Shown piece after piece: positions 9,263-16,248 of a DNA stretch of 32,000 bases. The position numbers and the translations under genes are program-made. The DNA is taken from the NCBI GenBank assembly GCA_016871995.1, contig VHBL01000003.1, positions 116,603 through 148,602 on the forward strand, in the 5' to 3' direction. Below the pieces are notes generated by a model. The model was not told the DNA's origin and ran no database searches. It was given only the letters and a program-made list of their open reading frames with translations. Numbering within the stretch: the stretch's first letter is position 1; every line of letters starts with the position of its first letter. Source of the stretch: Nitrososphaerota archaeon (GTDB lineage: Archaea; Thermoproteota; Nitrososphaeria; Nitrososphaerales; UBA57).

Positions 9263-9785
9263 GCAAATCCGGTTTTGCTACGTGAACCATAACGGCAAAT
9301 GCCCAGAACAAATCATCGTGCCTACCCTGAGGATGCCCATAGAGAATAGTTCCTGCTTGTGAGATTATCCTCTCCTGCTCCCTTATTTGTGATACGAGCT
9401 CCTCTGCTCCATGGCTCGGTATAGCAACCTTCTCATGGCTCATAAAGAGCAAGACATCACTTACCATTTCATGTTTAAGCATCGATGTAAACCTCAAGGG
9501 CTTTACTGGGAGTCCTAGAGTCTGCAACCTCTCGGAGAAGCTGATTTCGTTTGTTGCATCGACTCCTAGCTGAAAGATAGGGTATTCCTTAGAATATCTG
9601 CAGAGATCTGCTTCGATTACAGAATAGTCGACATGCGGCCATGTCTTTAGAGCGATGACTCTAAGCAAATTAGATGCATCTGTTTGACGCAACTGCCCGA
9701 GGACGCATGCAGAGAAGTCATGATATCTAGCTAGATCAAGCCCGGGGCTACATGGTAAGGCAGGACAAACTTTCTGAATGTATCG
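9231..9785 (-). pseudogene. remnant of a viral terminase large subunit (C-terminal RNase H-like nuclease domain only)
   Basis: The frame is open from 9785: ...SPGLDLARYHDFSACVLGQLRQTDASNLLRVIALKTW...FQLGVDATNEISFSERL...GHPQGRHDDLFWAFAVMVHV. The three acidic motifs (GLDLA, GVDAT, HDDLFWAFA) match the terminase nuclease fold. The first motif lies upstream of the first usable start (TTG 9692), and the whole ATPase domain is missing. Confidence 0.6.
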
Positions 9786-9890
9786 TCACTGATGTACAAC
9801 TTATGGAAGAAGCCTCTCTGCCCCGCACCCTTCTAACATATCTTATAGCTGACCTGCCGGTCCCGAAGATTTTAATACTTGACCGACTTA

Positions 9891-9907
9891 TCCTACCTAA
9901 GGTAGGA
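9891..9907. promoter_or_regulatory. 17-bp palindrome (7-3-7) at the vapB-1 promoter/start, candidate antitoxin operator
   Basis: tcctacc-taa-ggtagga has perfect arms and ends 4 nt before GTG 9912. A TATA-like tttaata lies at 9871-9877, so the palindrome covers the expected transcription start. Confidence 0.35.
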
Positions 9908-9911
9908 AAAA

Positions 9912-10160
9912 GTGAGAATCAAGGTTAAACTCAGCGAGAAGGGGCAGATGGTAATTCCCAAGGTCGTGCGAGAGAGCGTTGGGCTAAAGACCAACAAGCC
10001 CGCCATACTGGAAGTAAAAGAAGGTGTTGTGGAGATAAGACCACTCTCGGATGAGGGTCTGGTAGAAAGGTCTAGAGAGAGGGCAGAGAAGCATGGTGGA
10101 GATTTGAAGAAACTGGGTTGGGTATATGGCGATAAATTATACGAAGAGGTATTTGGTTGA
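9912..10160 (+). CDS. vapB: AbrB/SpoVT-family antitoxin
   Basis: 82 aa. The N-terminal swapped-hairpin motif is KLSEKGQMVIPKVVRESVGLKTNKPAILEVKEGVVEIRPL. It overlaps the downstream PIN gene by 4 nt. Confidence 0.85.
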   Translation: MRIKVKLSEKGQMVIPKVVRESVGLKTNKPAILEVKEGVVEIRPLSDEGLVERSRERAEKHGGDLKKLGWVYGDKLYEEVFG

Positions 10161-10552
10161 TATATTTAGATGCAAACTTCTTCATACTTTGCAACTTCGA
10201 TAGAACAGCAAAAGGGGATAGGGCTAGGCGGATTCAAAGAGAGATACTGGATGGCAGGGAGGCAATAACTTCATCCCTGAGCTTGGACGAAGTCATGTGG
10301 GTGATTGTAAAGAATAAGAAAGCTGCAGTTCTGAGGGATACTGTTGAAGACATCTATGCCATGACGAACCTGACAGTAAAAGAAGTAAGCTCCAATATTC
10401 CGCTTCAAGCTTTGGACATTATGGAAGAAAGCAATCTTAAACCTAGGGACGCCTTTCACGTTGCCATTATGGAGGATTTCGATGTTAATGAAATAGTCAG
10501 TGACGACGATGATTTTGATAGGGTGAGTGGGATTAAGAGAATCAGGTTGTAG
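10157..10552 (+). CDS. vapC: PIN-domain ribonuclease toxin
   Basis: 131 aa with the conserved acidic residues in PIN spacing: YLDAN (D5), LDEV, PRDAFH, SDDDDFD. Confidence 0.9.
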   Translation: MIYLDANFFILCNFDRTAKGDRARRIQREILDGREAITSSLSLDEVMWVIVKNKKAAVLRDTVEDIYAMTNLTVKEVSSNIPLQALDIMEESNLKPRDAFHVAIMEDFDVNEIVSDDDDFDRVSGIKRIRL

Positions 10553-10671
10553 TGTACCCCAAAGAAAAATCTAGCACACTAGGTTAATGCGTGCAGTGAA
10601 AGAATTCTGGCTTCAATGTACCTTGGGAGGCTCAATCGAATAAAGATATTGGAGTGGGCACAGACTAATGT

Positions 10672-11133
10672 TCAAAGCGTTTCGATTAATGTATGAATCT
10701 TGAATCTGGGGTTCGTACTCTTGAGCAGCTCCTTGAATTGCCCATCTTCCTTCAGGTTTTGGATATCGCTGTCTTCAGTGACTACTGAATCGCATCGGTT
10801 TATTGCTGATGAGAGGATAAGGCAGTCGATGAAGTCGCTCAGTATTTTCCTGAGCCGGAAGGCCGAAAGCAGTATTGTATCGTCATGCGTTGGAATTGTC
10901 TCTATGTCATCGTTATGGACAATTGCCCTGATGCCTTTGAGCACTCTTTCAGGGGGAAGGGCTCCGTCGGCTATGTGTTTGGCGCTTTTGGCGGAGAGTT
11001 CGAATATGCTTATGCTGCTAATAGAGATTTGGTGTCCCTTCCGCTTCAGTTTGATGAGCGAGTCTTTTGGTAGGCCTTTAATGGATATGCCTATTGCTGG
11101 TAGGAGGTAAGTTGTGTCTAGTAGAAGTTTCAA
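10672..11133 (-). CDS. vapC: PIN-domain ribonuclease toxin (second copy, divergent)
   Basis: 153 aa with LLDTTYLL (D6), IFEL, DFIDCLI and VVTEDSD. It overlaps the upstream AbrB gene by 4 nt. Confidence 0.85.
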   Translation of the reverse strand: MKLLLDTTYLLPAIGISIKGLPKDSLIKLKRKGHQISISSISIFELSAKSAKHIADGALPPERVLKGIRAIVHNDDIETIPTHDDTILLSAFRLRKILSDFIDCLILSSAINRCDSVVTEDSDIQNLKEDGQFKELLKSTNPRFKIHTLIETL

Positions 11134-11363
11134 GTCTCTACCGTCCTGGACAGCTCCTTCCTGAATCTATGGAATTCATCGACGGTTATTTCGATGCATG
11201 GAGGTTCACGTAAAACTTCTTCTAGGCTTGGGACAGGTTCGACCACGAGCCTACCAGCCTCGACCTTATAGATGACCTTCTTACCTGCTCGAAGGCCCAG
11301 TTTTTCCCTGATCTTCTTGGGGGGGAATAGTTCTTCTTTCGAACCAACTCGACTTTCCGCCAT
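11130..11363 (-). CDS. vapB: AbrB/SpoVT-family antitoxin (second copy)
   Basis: 77 aa. ELFPPKKIREKLGLRAGKKVIYKVEAGRLVVEPVP matches the AbrB-type looped-hinge pattern. It is translationally coupled to the PIN gene. Confidence 0.8.
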   Translation of the reverse strand: MAESRVGSKEELFPPKKIREKLGLRAGKKVIYKVEAGRLVVEPVPSLEEVLREPPCIEITVDEFHRFRKELSRTVET

Positions 11364-11461
11364 TTTTCCGACTTACCGAGTAGATAACCGATTTTCGACT
11401 TATAAACATTGTATCGTCCTGTTCTGCTAACTCTCTGGCTAGCTTTGGATTAAGGCAACCC

Positions 11462-11727
11462 GGTAAAGGTTCTTTTAGCAGTTTGATTTGGTCTTACTGC
11501 GGATAGATAGTCGTTTGATTAGAGAGCGTTGGATTGTGTCATTTAATTCGGTTTTGCCGCTGGTGTCTTTTGTTGTTGCTCTCTGGGGATCGACTTGGGG
11601 TTGGGATGCTGATGGGAGGCTCTGGCCATCGACTTTCATCTACGCTGTATCAGCATATGCTGTCTTTCTTTTGCCGTATGTGGTATTAAGGTTACATGTT
11701 GTCAAGGGTTTTGCGAATTGGTTTTGG
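11462..11727 (+). repeat. direct repeat copy 1 (266 bp)
   Basis: Aligns without indels to 12392-12657 at a constant offset of 930 nt. I count 11 substitutions (255/266 identical). Confidence 0.95.
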
Positions 11728-11790
11728 GTTTTCACTAATCAGACATGCTGTCCACATCCAAAATTTTACAAAGAGAATCACATCCAATGA
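11488..11790 (+). pseudogene. truncated duplicate of the 12418-12831 membrane-protein gene (first 80 codons, then 20 unrelated codons)
   Basis: MVLLRIDSRLIRERWIVSFNSVLPLVSFVVALWGSTWGWDADGRLWPSTFIYAVSAYAVFLLPYVVLRLHVVKGFANWFW matches the full-length copy with 4 aa changes. Homology stops at nt 11727 and the ORF ends at 11790. Confidence 0.6.
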
Positions 11791-11883
11791 ACTTTACAGG
11801 TTGAAATGCAAATCGTCATCATCTTATCGGCTCGGGTAAGGTTCAAATATAAAATAGTTAAAGAAACTTAGTGGGTTTGGGTT

Positions 11884-12114
11884 TTGACAAAGACAACTGT
11901 AAAAGGCCGAAGGTTCACCGTAGTTCTTCAAAAGGATGAAGATGGCGGATACTCCGTTCAGTGTATGGAGCTCCCAGGTGCAATTAGCCAAGGAGAGACT
12001 AGGGCAGAAGCGTTGAAGAACATAAAAGAGGCAATTGAGTTGGTGCTGGAAGTTCTAGAAGAGAAGGTCAAGTCTCATAAGCCAGATGTCGAGATAGCTG
12101 AAGTTGTTGTCTAA
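11884..12114 (+). CDS. hicB: HicB-family (UPF0150) antitoxin
   Basis: 76 aa. FTVVLQKDEDGGYSVQCMELPGAISQGETRAEALKNIKEAIELVLE is the typical HicB N-terminal fold signature. A TATA-like aaatataaaata lies at 11845-11856, about 30 nt upstream of TTG 11884. Confidence 0.8.
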   Translation: MTKTTVKGRRFTVVLQKDEDGGYSVQCMELPGAISQGETRAEALKNIKEAIELVLEVLEEKVKSHKPDVEIAEVVV

Positions 12115-12330
12115 TTGGCCCTTCCAGTCCTAAGCTGGCGTGAAGTTCTTAAGGCCTTAGGCAAGAAGGGGTTCAAACCCATCCGACAGAAGGGTAGCCA
12201 CATCTACCTTCAAAATGAATCAGGAAGATATACGGTGGTTCCAAGACATGCGGGAATTAAGAAAAGCACATTGATGAAGATACTCGCTGAAGCAGGCTTG
12301 TCAAGAGAAGAGTTTCTAGATCTGCTCTAG
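12115..12330 (+). CDS. hicA: HicA-family mRNA interferase toxin
   Basis: 71 aa. SWREVLKALGKKGFKPIRQKGSHIYLQNESGRYTVVPRHAGIKKSTLMKILAEAGLSREEFLDLL carries the GSH / VP.H motifs of HicA (YcfA-like). It starts directly after the hicB TAA. Confidence 0.85.
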   Translation: MALPVLSWREVLKALGKKGFKPIRQKGSHIYLQNESGRYTVVPRHAGIKKSTLMKILAEAGLSREEFLDLL

Positions 12331-12391
12331 CATCTTTGACTGAACAGACCTAAATATAGTCCTGTAATCTGTAATGTTGAGTGCATGGGTT

Positions 12392-12657
12392 GGTAAAGGT
12401 TCTTTTAGCAGTTTGATTTGGTCTTACTGCGGATAGATGGTCGTTTGATTAGAGAGCGTTGGATTGTGTCATTTAATTCGGTTTTGCCACTAGTGTCTTT
12501 TGTTGTTGCTGTCTGGGGGTCGACTTGGGGGTGGGACGTCGATAGGAGGCTCTGGCCATCGACTTTCATCTATGCTGTATCAGCATATGCTGTCTTTCTT
12601 TTGCCGTATGTGGTATTAAGGTTACATGTTGTCAAGGGTTTTGCGAATTGGTTTTGG
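12392..12657 (+). repeat. direct repeat copy 2 (266 bp)
   Basis: Partner of 11462-11727. It begins 26 nt upstream of the ORF start and covers the first 80 codons of the intact gene. Confidence 0.95.
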
Positions 12658-12831
12658 AGGAGATTTGGGCGTGATGGATTTTTAATGCTGTTATGGGGGT
12701 TGCATCTAGTGGTCGGGTCGATTGGGCTTATTCATCTTTTCGATTCGAGTGCTTTTTGGCTCGGGAGTATGGCAACATTTTATATTGGCTTTATTATAGC
12801 TATACTTGGTGCAATTAGGCTTTTAGTTTGA
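12418..12831 (+). CDS. hypothetical integral membrane protein (about 4 TM helices), intact copy
   Basis: 137-aa ORF with hydrophobic helices throughout. No family recognised. The true start may be internal (for example GTG at codon 17). Confidence 0.55.
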   Translation: MVLLRIDGRLIRERWIVSFNSVLPLVSFVVAVWGSTWGWDVDRRLWPSTFIYAVSAYAVFLLPYVVLRLHVVKGFANWFWRRFGRDGFLMLLWGLHLVVGSIGLIHLFDSSAFWLGSMATFYIGFIIAILGAIRLLV

Positions 12832-12879
12832 TATTTTACGGTCTGATCGCCCCTCTGGAGCTCTATGAGGATTGATGTG

Positions 12880-13134
12880 TCAAGTATGATTGACATCTCG
12901 ATACCCGTATTCCTTCCTTATTTTTGCTACAACTGCTAGCATTATCTCAGCCTCTTTTGGGGTTAAACTTGGTTTTGCGTTCAGTATCTTCTTCCAAGAA
13001 TCGGAAGGCTTTTTCCTGTACTCAGAAGCGATTTCCCTCAGTAGACTACCCATCTTTTGCTTGCGGGTTTTAGCCATCTCCTTTAACATTTGCCATGTCT
13101 GTTCGTCTACATCCTTAATGGTTTTGACCGACAC
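12880..13134 (-). CDS. ribbon-helix-helix (CopG/VapB-like) DNA-binding protein, orphan antitoxin-like
   Basis: I place the start at GTG 13134-13132: VSVKTIKDVDEQTWQMLKEMAKTRKQKMGSLLREIASEY... has the beta-strand/helix/turn/helix RHH pattern. The 74 extra N-terminal codons of the track ORF (to 13356) look non-coding. No toxin gene is adjacent. Confidence 0.55.
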   Translation of the reverse strand: MSVKTIKDVDEQTWQMLKEMAKTRKQKMGSLLREIASEYRKKPSDSWKKILNAKPSLTPKEAEIMLAVVAKIRKEYGYRDVNHT

Positions 13135-13136
13135 AG

Positions 13137-13157
13137 GAAGTAATACGATATTACTTC
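13137..13157. promoter_or_regulatory. perfect 9-3-9 palindrome between TATA-like box and the RHH gene start, candidate autoregulatory operator
   Basis: gaagtaata-cga-tattacttc ends 3 nt upstream of the GTG at 13134 (minus strand). It is directly flanked by an AT-rich taattaagaaaaata (13158-13172) on the promoter side. Confidence 0.4.
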
Positions 13158-13416
13158 TAATTAAGAAAAATAGCTCAAGAATGCTTCTTCTTGACCTGTG
13201 ATTGGTGTGATTCGGCTTTTGGCTTGATATTCTGCCGTTCATGCGCGCTTGTGCGCTGGCCTGGGGAAGAATTTCGGCGGAAACGATCGGATTCTGGTTA
13301 GGCTTGCCAGCCCTCACATTACCGTTAGACGCTATTCGATTTTCAGCCTGCTCCATAAGATCAAACCTAGAATCAATTCATATATTCCGCCCATAATGTA
13401 GGCGTGAGCGATTAAC

Positions 13417-15294
13417 TTGCCTTGCGGGATATCAGGGTTTGTAGGGGAAGGTGGTAAGGATCGCCTGAAAAAAATGGTTGAACTCCTGACGCACCGGGGG
13501 CCAGATTCTTCGGGACTATTCCTCGATAGTGGAGTTGGACTGGGGATAAACAGGTTGAGTATCATAGATCTACGAACGGGCGACCAGCCCATACATAACG
13601 AGGATGAGTCTCTCTGGATCGTCTTCAACGGTGAAATATACAACTACAAGGAGTTAAGGGAGGACCTTGAGGGTAGAGGTCACAGGTTCTACACGGAAAC
13701 TGATACTGAGACAGTAGTCCATGCCTTCGAGGAATGGAGAGAGGAGTGTGTACAACATCTCAGAGGTATGTTTGCGTTCGCTATATGGGACAAAAGAAGA
13801 AAGAGCATGTATATTGCTCGTGATAGGTATGGGAAGAAGCCTCTTTACTATGCCCTGCTGGATGGTACGCTTGTATTCGCCTCTGAAATGAAGGCGATAC
13901 TACCTTGGGGCTCTTTCACGATAGATCGTTATGCAATGGATCTTTACTTTACTTACCTCTATGTCCCGTCGCCTTATACCATATTCCGTGAGATTAAGAA
14001 ACTGCCTCCTGCCAGCTATTTGACTTATTCGAAAGGTGTACTGAAAATAGAGACTTACTGGGACGTGGACTTCAAGCCTGATTCTGACGTCAGGGAGGAT
14101 GAAATTATGGAACGATTATATGGGACGATGTTAGACGCCGTGCGTATCCGCATGAGGAGCGATGTCCCACTTGGGGCCTTCTTAAGCGGCGGAATAGATT
14201 CGAGCACTATCGTTGCGTTAATGGCTAAGCTTTCGGAGGAACCTGTGCATACCTTTTCGATAGGCTTCGATCAAGGCATAGATGAAACGCCATTTGCGAG
14301 ACAGGTCGCCGAGCTTTACGGTACGGACCATCGGGAACACATAGTTAGTATGAAGGTTTTCGAAATTCTTCCGAAACTGGTATGGCACTTCGATGAACCG
14401 TTTGCAGATCACTCCTTTATCCCGACTTATTACCTCTCCCAAGTAACTAGGAATCAGGTGAAGGTGGCTTTAAGCGGAGACGGAGGAGATGAAATCTTCA
14501 TGGGCTATCCATTCCTATATGAGCCCAACTTATACCGCGCCTATAGACGTGTACCTCGTGGCCTGCGCCGAGCTATGTTACGCTCCATTCTCGCTCTTCC
14601 TATACAGGGACAGTTCACGCGTATGGCGAACCATGCCTATGAGAAGGATTACGGCGACCAGCCCGAAACGGAACGATATATTATGAGGGTTACGGCTATT
14701 GAGCCTGCTGGGCTAACGAAACTTTATAGTTCGAGTTTTATGAAGGAACATCGACCGAACGACAGCTACAGCTACCTGCGCGAATGGTTGCAGCGATGCC
14801 ATGCTGACACCGCCCATAAGCTTGATTACGCCACTCTCCACACATATCTCCAAGAAGATATTCTTACTAAAGTAGATAGAATGAGCATGGCTGTTTCATT
14901 AGAAGTCAGGTGCCCACTTCTCGATCAAGCTTTGACCGAAGTCGTCGCGAAGATTCCCGCCCACATGAAGCTTAGAGGAGGCCTAACCAAATACATGTTC
15001 AAGAAGATGGTAGTCGAGAAGGGTCTCCTCCCTCGTGACATCGCCTACAGAAGCAAGCAGGGCTTTGGAGCACCTATTGATAAATGGCTAAAAAGTGACT
15101 GGAAGGATCTCGTATCCCAAGTTCTAGACCCTGTGATTTCCTCAAACTATACAGGTTTCTTCGACCGGGAATATTTGGCTAAGATGTTAAGACAGCCTTA
15201 CCTGTATTCGGGTCGCCTCTTCTCGATGGTAACATTCGTATTATGGTATAAGACTTACGTTGAAGAGGGGTTTAAAGCTCCGCTTATGATCTAA
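13417..15294 (+). CDS. asnB: asparagine synthase (glutamine-hydrolysing)-like amidotransferase
   Basis: 625 aa. The N-terminal Ntn glutaminase domain has CGISGF...HRGPDSSG...NGEIYNY. The synthetase domain has the PP-loop SGGIDSS. Its position in a glycan cluster suggests a sugar/uronate amidotransferase role (WbpS-like), which is an inference. Confidence 0.9.
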   Translation: MPCGISGFVGEGGKDRLKKMVELLTHRGPDSSGLFLDSGVGLGINRLSIIDLRTGDQPIHNEDESLWIVFNGEIYNYKELREDLEGRGHRFYTETDTETVVHAFEEWREECVQHLRGMFAFAIWDKRRKSMYIARDRYGKKPLYYALLDGTLVFASEMKAILPWGSFTIDRYAMDLYFTYLYVPSPYTIFREIKKLPPASYLTYSKGVLKIETYWDVDFKPDSDVREDEIMERLYGTMLDAVRIRMRSDVPLGAFLSGGIDSSTIVALMAKLSEEPVHTFSIGFDQGIDETPFARQVAELYGTDHREHIVSMKVFEILPKLVWHFDEPFADHSFIPTYYLSQVTRNQVKVALSGDGGDEIFMGYPFLYEPNLYRAYRRVPRGLRRAMLRSILALPIQGQFTRMANHAYEKDYGDQPETERYIMRVTAIEPAGLTKLYSSSFMKEHRPNDSYSYLREWLQRCHADTAHKLDYATLHTYLQEDILTKVDRMSMAVSLEVRCPLLDQALTEVVAKIPAHMKLRGGLTKYMFKKMVVEKGLLPRDIAYRSKQGFGAPIDKWLKSDWKDLVSQVLDPVISSNYTGFFDREYLAKMLRQPYLYSGRLFSMVTFVLWYKTYVEEGFKAPLMI

Positions 15295-15329
15295 TGTTTC
15301 AAGGCGCGAACCTATTCGTCTTTGTGTCC

Positions 15330-16223
15330 TCATCTTAGGTCTAGAAGTTTCTCATACACCCTTATAGTTTCCGAGGTCATCTTTTCTATCTTGAAGGGTA
15401 CTGGCACGTAGGGCTGCAAGACACCGGACGCTATCTTATCCGCTGCATCCTGCTCGTCCTCCACAAGGAGTGAGAGTCTCTTTACCTCATATGGAATCTT
15501 CGCATCTTTGCGTAAGATAACAGAGGTCCCGCAGGCACGTGCCTCCACCAGAGGGTACCCGAAGCCTCGGTATGGCATAAAATCGATAAAATAGTCAATC
15601 GAGTTGTAATAGTCGACGATGTTATCCTCACTAGTCCCCGTAAGAGAATGCAAGGAGAAACTCAACTTCTTCTCCGTCAGAATTGCAATTAACTTTTGCA
15701 TCCTTGGATGCATCTCCCTGTAGTACCCTATCCGAATTCCTTGATGCGGTTTCCTCTCTCTAGGGGTGAACTTCCCGCTTATTCCAGGGCTTACCATCTT
15801 CACTTTCTCCTTATGCTGTGGGAAGATATCGTAAATCTCCTGAGCCGTCTGAGACGAGAGGGCGATTATCGCGTCTGCGCATTTGAAAGACCGTGTGACA
15901 ATCTGCGAGAAATACAAGCGATAGACTCTTGCAGAGAGGGAGCCATAGTTTACCCACTCTGAATTTCCTTCACTAAGTGGTGCGATGTCGCCGACGGTGA
16001 CCACGAACGGTTTACCATTCGGCAAAAACACAGGCGAGACTGCATGGACGACTCCCCCGTCGTGTTTGGAAGAGCTCAATTTCACGCCCGCTTTTTGGAG
16101 TGAGTTAGTTAGGTCTTTGACGTACCTCTTCACCCCGAGAGAAAGTCTATTCGAATTCCCCACGATTTGGACGAGGATTTCACGTTCGTCAATTGGGTTT
16201 CGATAGTTTTCAACTATTTTCAA
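15330..16223 (-). CDS. glycosyltransferase, GT4/GT-B-like (short form)
   Basis: 297 aa. The C-terminal part GFGYPLVEARACGTSVI resembles the GT-B 'E-x7-E' nucleotide-sugar binding region. It is the last gene of the minus-strand GT operon. Confidence 0.65.
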   Translation of the reverse strand: MKIVENYRNPIDEREILVQIVGNSNRLSLGVKRYVKDLTNSLQKAGVKLSSSKHDGGVVHAVSPVFLPNGKPFVVTVGDIAPLSEGNSEWVNYGSLSARVYRLYFSQIVTRSFKCADAIIALSSQTAQEIYDIFPQHKEKVKMVSPGISGKFTPRERKPHQGIRIGYYREMHPRMQKLIAILTEKKLSFSLHSLTGTSEDNIVDYYNSIDYFIDFMPYRGFGYPLVEARACGTSVILRKDAKIPYEVKRLSLLVEDEQDAADKIASGVLQPYVPVPFKIEKMTSETIRVYEKLLDLR

Positions 16224-16248
16224 TGGATCACTTCCTCCGATTTGACCT

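Noticed and set aside
9752-9928. 58-aa + strand ORF (MVRQDKLSECIVTDVQLMEEASLPRTLL...) spanning the terminase-remnant/vapB spacer and running into vapB in another frame.
   Set aside because: It overlaps the vapB promoter, palindrome and start, and has no motifs. It is most likely fortuitous.
12880-13356. The full 158-aa version of the RHH ORF.
   Set aside because: The N-terminal 74 codons are low-complexity (Asn/Gln/Ser/Arg/Pro-rich) and would place the TATA-like box and the perfect palindrome inside the coding sequence. The RHH fold begins right at GTG 13134, so I prefer the 84-aa version.
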